Source: Malacoraja senta
Taxonomy: Eukaryota
NCBI GenBank assembly: GCA_038087875.1
Contig: CM075987.1
Span: 16,742,001 to 16,806,000, forward strand
Reading direction: 5' to 3'
Length of the DNA: 64,000 nt
In this document: piece by piece, positions 63,370 through 64,000 of the stretch
How positions within the stretch are numbered: the first letter of the stretch is position 1
How the letters are laid out: every line of letters begins with the position of its first letter
Program-made: the position numbers and the translations under genes
Notes under the pieces: model-generated
Database searches by the model: none
What the model was told of the DNA's origin: nothing
Seen by the model: only the letters and a program-made list of their open reading frames with translations

Positions 63370-64000
63370 GTCATAGAGTGATACAGCATCGAAACAGGCA
63401 CTTCGGCCCAACTTGCCCACACTGGCCAACATGTCCCAGTTACATAATCCCACCTGCCCGAATGTTCCTCCAAACCTGTCCTATCCATGTACCTGTCTAA
63501 CTGTTTCTTAAACGTCGGGATAGTCCCAGCCTCAATTACCTCCATTGCAAGCTTGTTCCATACACCCACCACCCTTTGTGTGAAAAAGTTACCCCTCAGA
63601 CTCCTGTTAAATCTTTTTCCCTTCACCTTAAACCTATGTCCTCTTGTCCTCGATTCGCCTACTCTGGGCAAGAGTCATGGAAACATAGAAAAGGTGCAGG
63701 AGTAGGCCATTCGGCCCTTCGAGCCATATCATCTAAAATAAGTACCCCGTTCCTGCTTTTTTTCCCTATCCCTTGATTCCTTTAGCCCAAAGAGCTATCT
63801 AACTCTCTCTTGAAAACATCCAGCGAATTGGCCTCCACTGACTTTTGCGGTAGAGAATTCCACAGATGCACCACATCCACTGGCTCTCCCTTATCCAGTC
63901 TACTTGTTACATCCTCAAAAAATTCCAGAAGATCAGTCAAGCATGATTTCCCCTTCATAAATCCATGCTGACTTTGACCGATCCTGTCACTGCTTCCCAA
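63370..64000 (-). mobile_element. CR1 fragments
   Basis: ORFs 63237-63671 and 63782-64000. Confidence 0.8.

Overview
Repeat-dense vertebrate DNA. The CR1/HER1-type LINEs, V-domain SINEs and Penelope remnants suggest a cartilaginous fish (skate/ray/shark); this assignment is inference. Two spliced host genes lie on the + strand, largely missed by the ORF track. (1) CFAP157 (C9orf117) has a CpG/RFX-type promoter at ~10.46-10.59 kb and six coding exons (10811-22857) carrying two single-base frameshifts. (2) Four phase-consistent exons (28527-57705) encode an ADAM metalloprotease prodomain (ADAM15-like is my best guess). I could not find the 3' exons of CFAP157 or the signal-peptide exons of the ADAM, and the two genes meet in phase 0 across a microsatellite plus a young CR1, so this is a chimera, a nesting or an assembly misjoin. 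The rest is mobile DNA: many CR1 copies, a near-intact Passport-like Tc1 transposon, two adjoining Gypsy LTR retrotransposon remnants, Penelope fragments with hammerhead-ribozyme-like cores, a PIF/Harbinger MITE, a CpG-rich non-autonomous retroposon family, and short palindromes with 8-bp TSDs resembling P-element excision footprints. Repeat boundaries are approximate; exon boundaries were read base by base.
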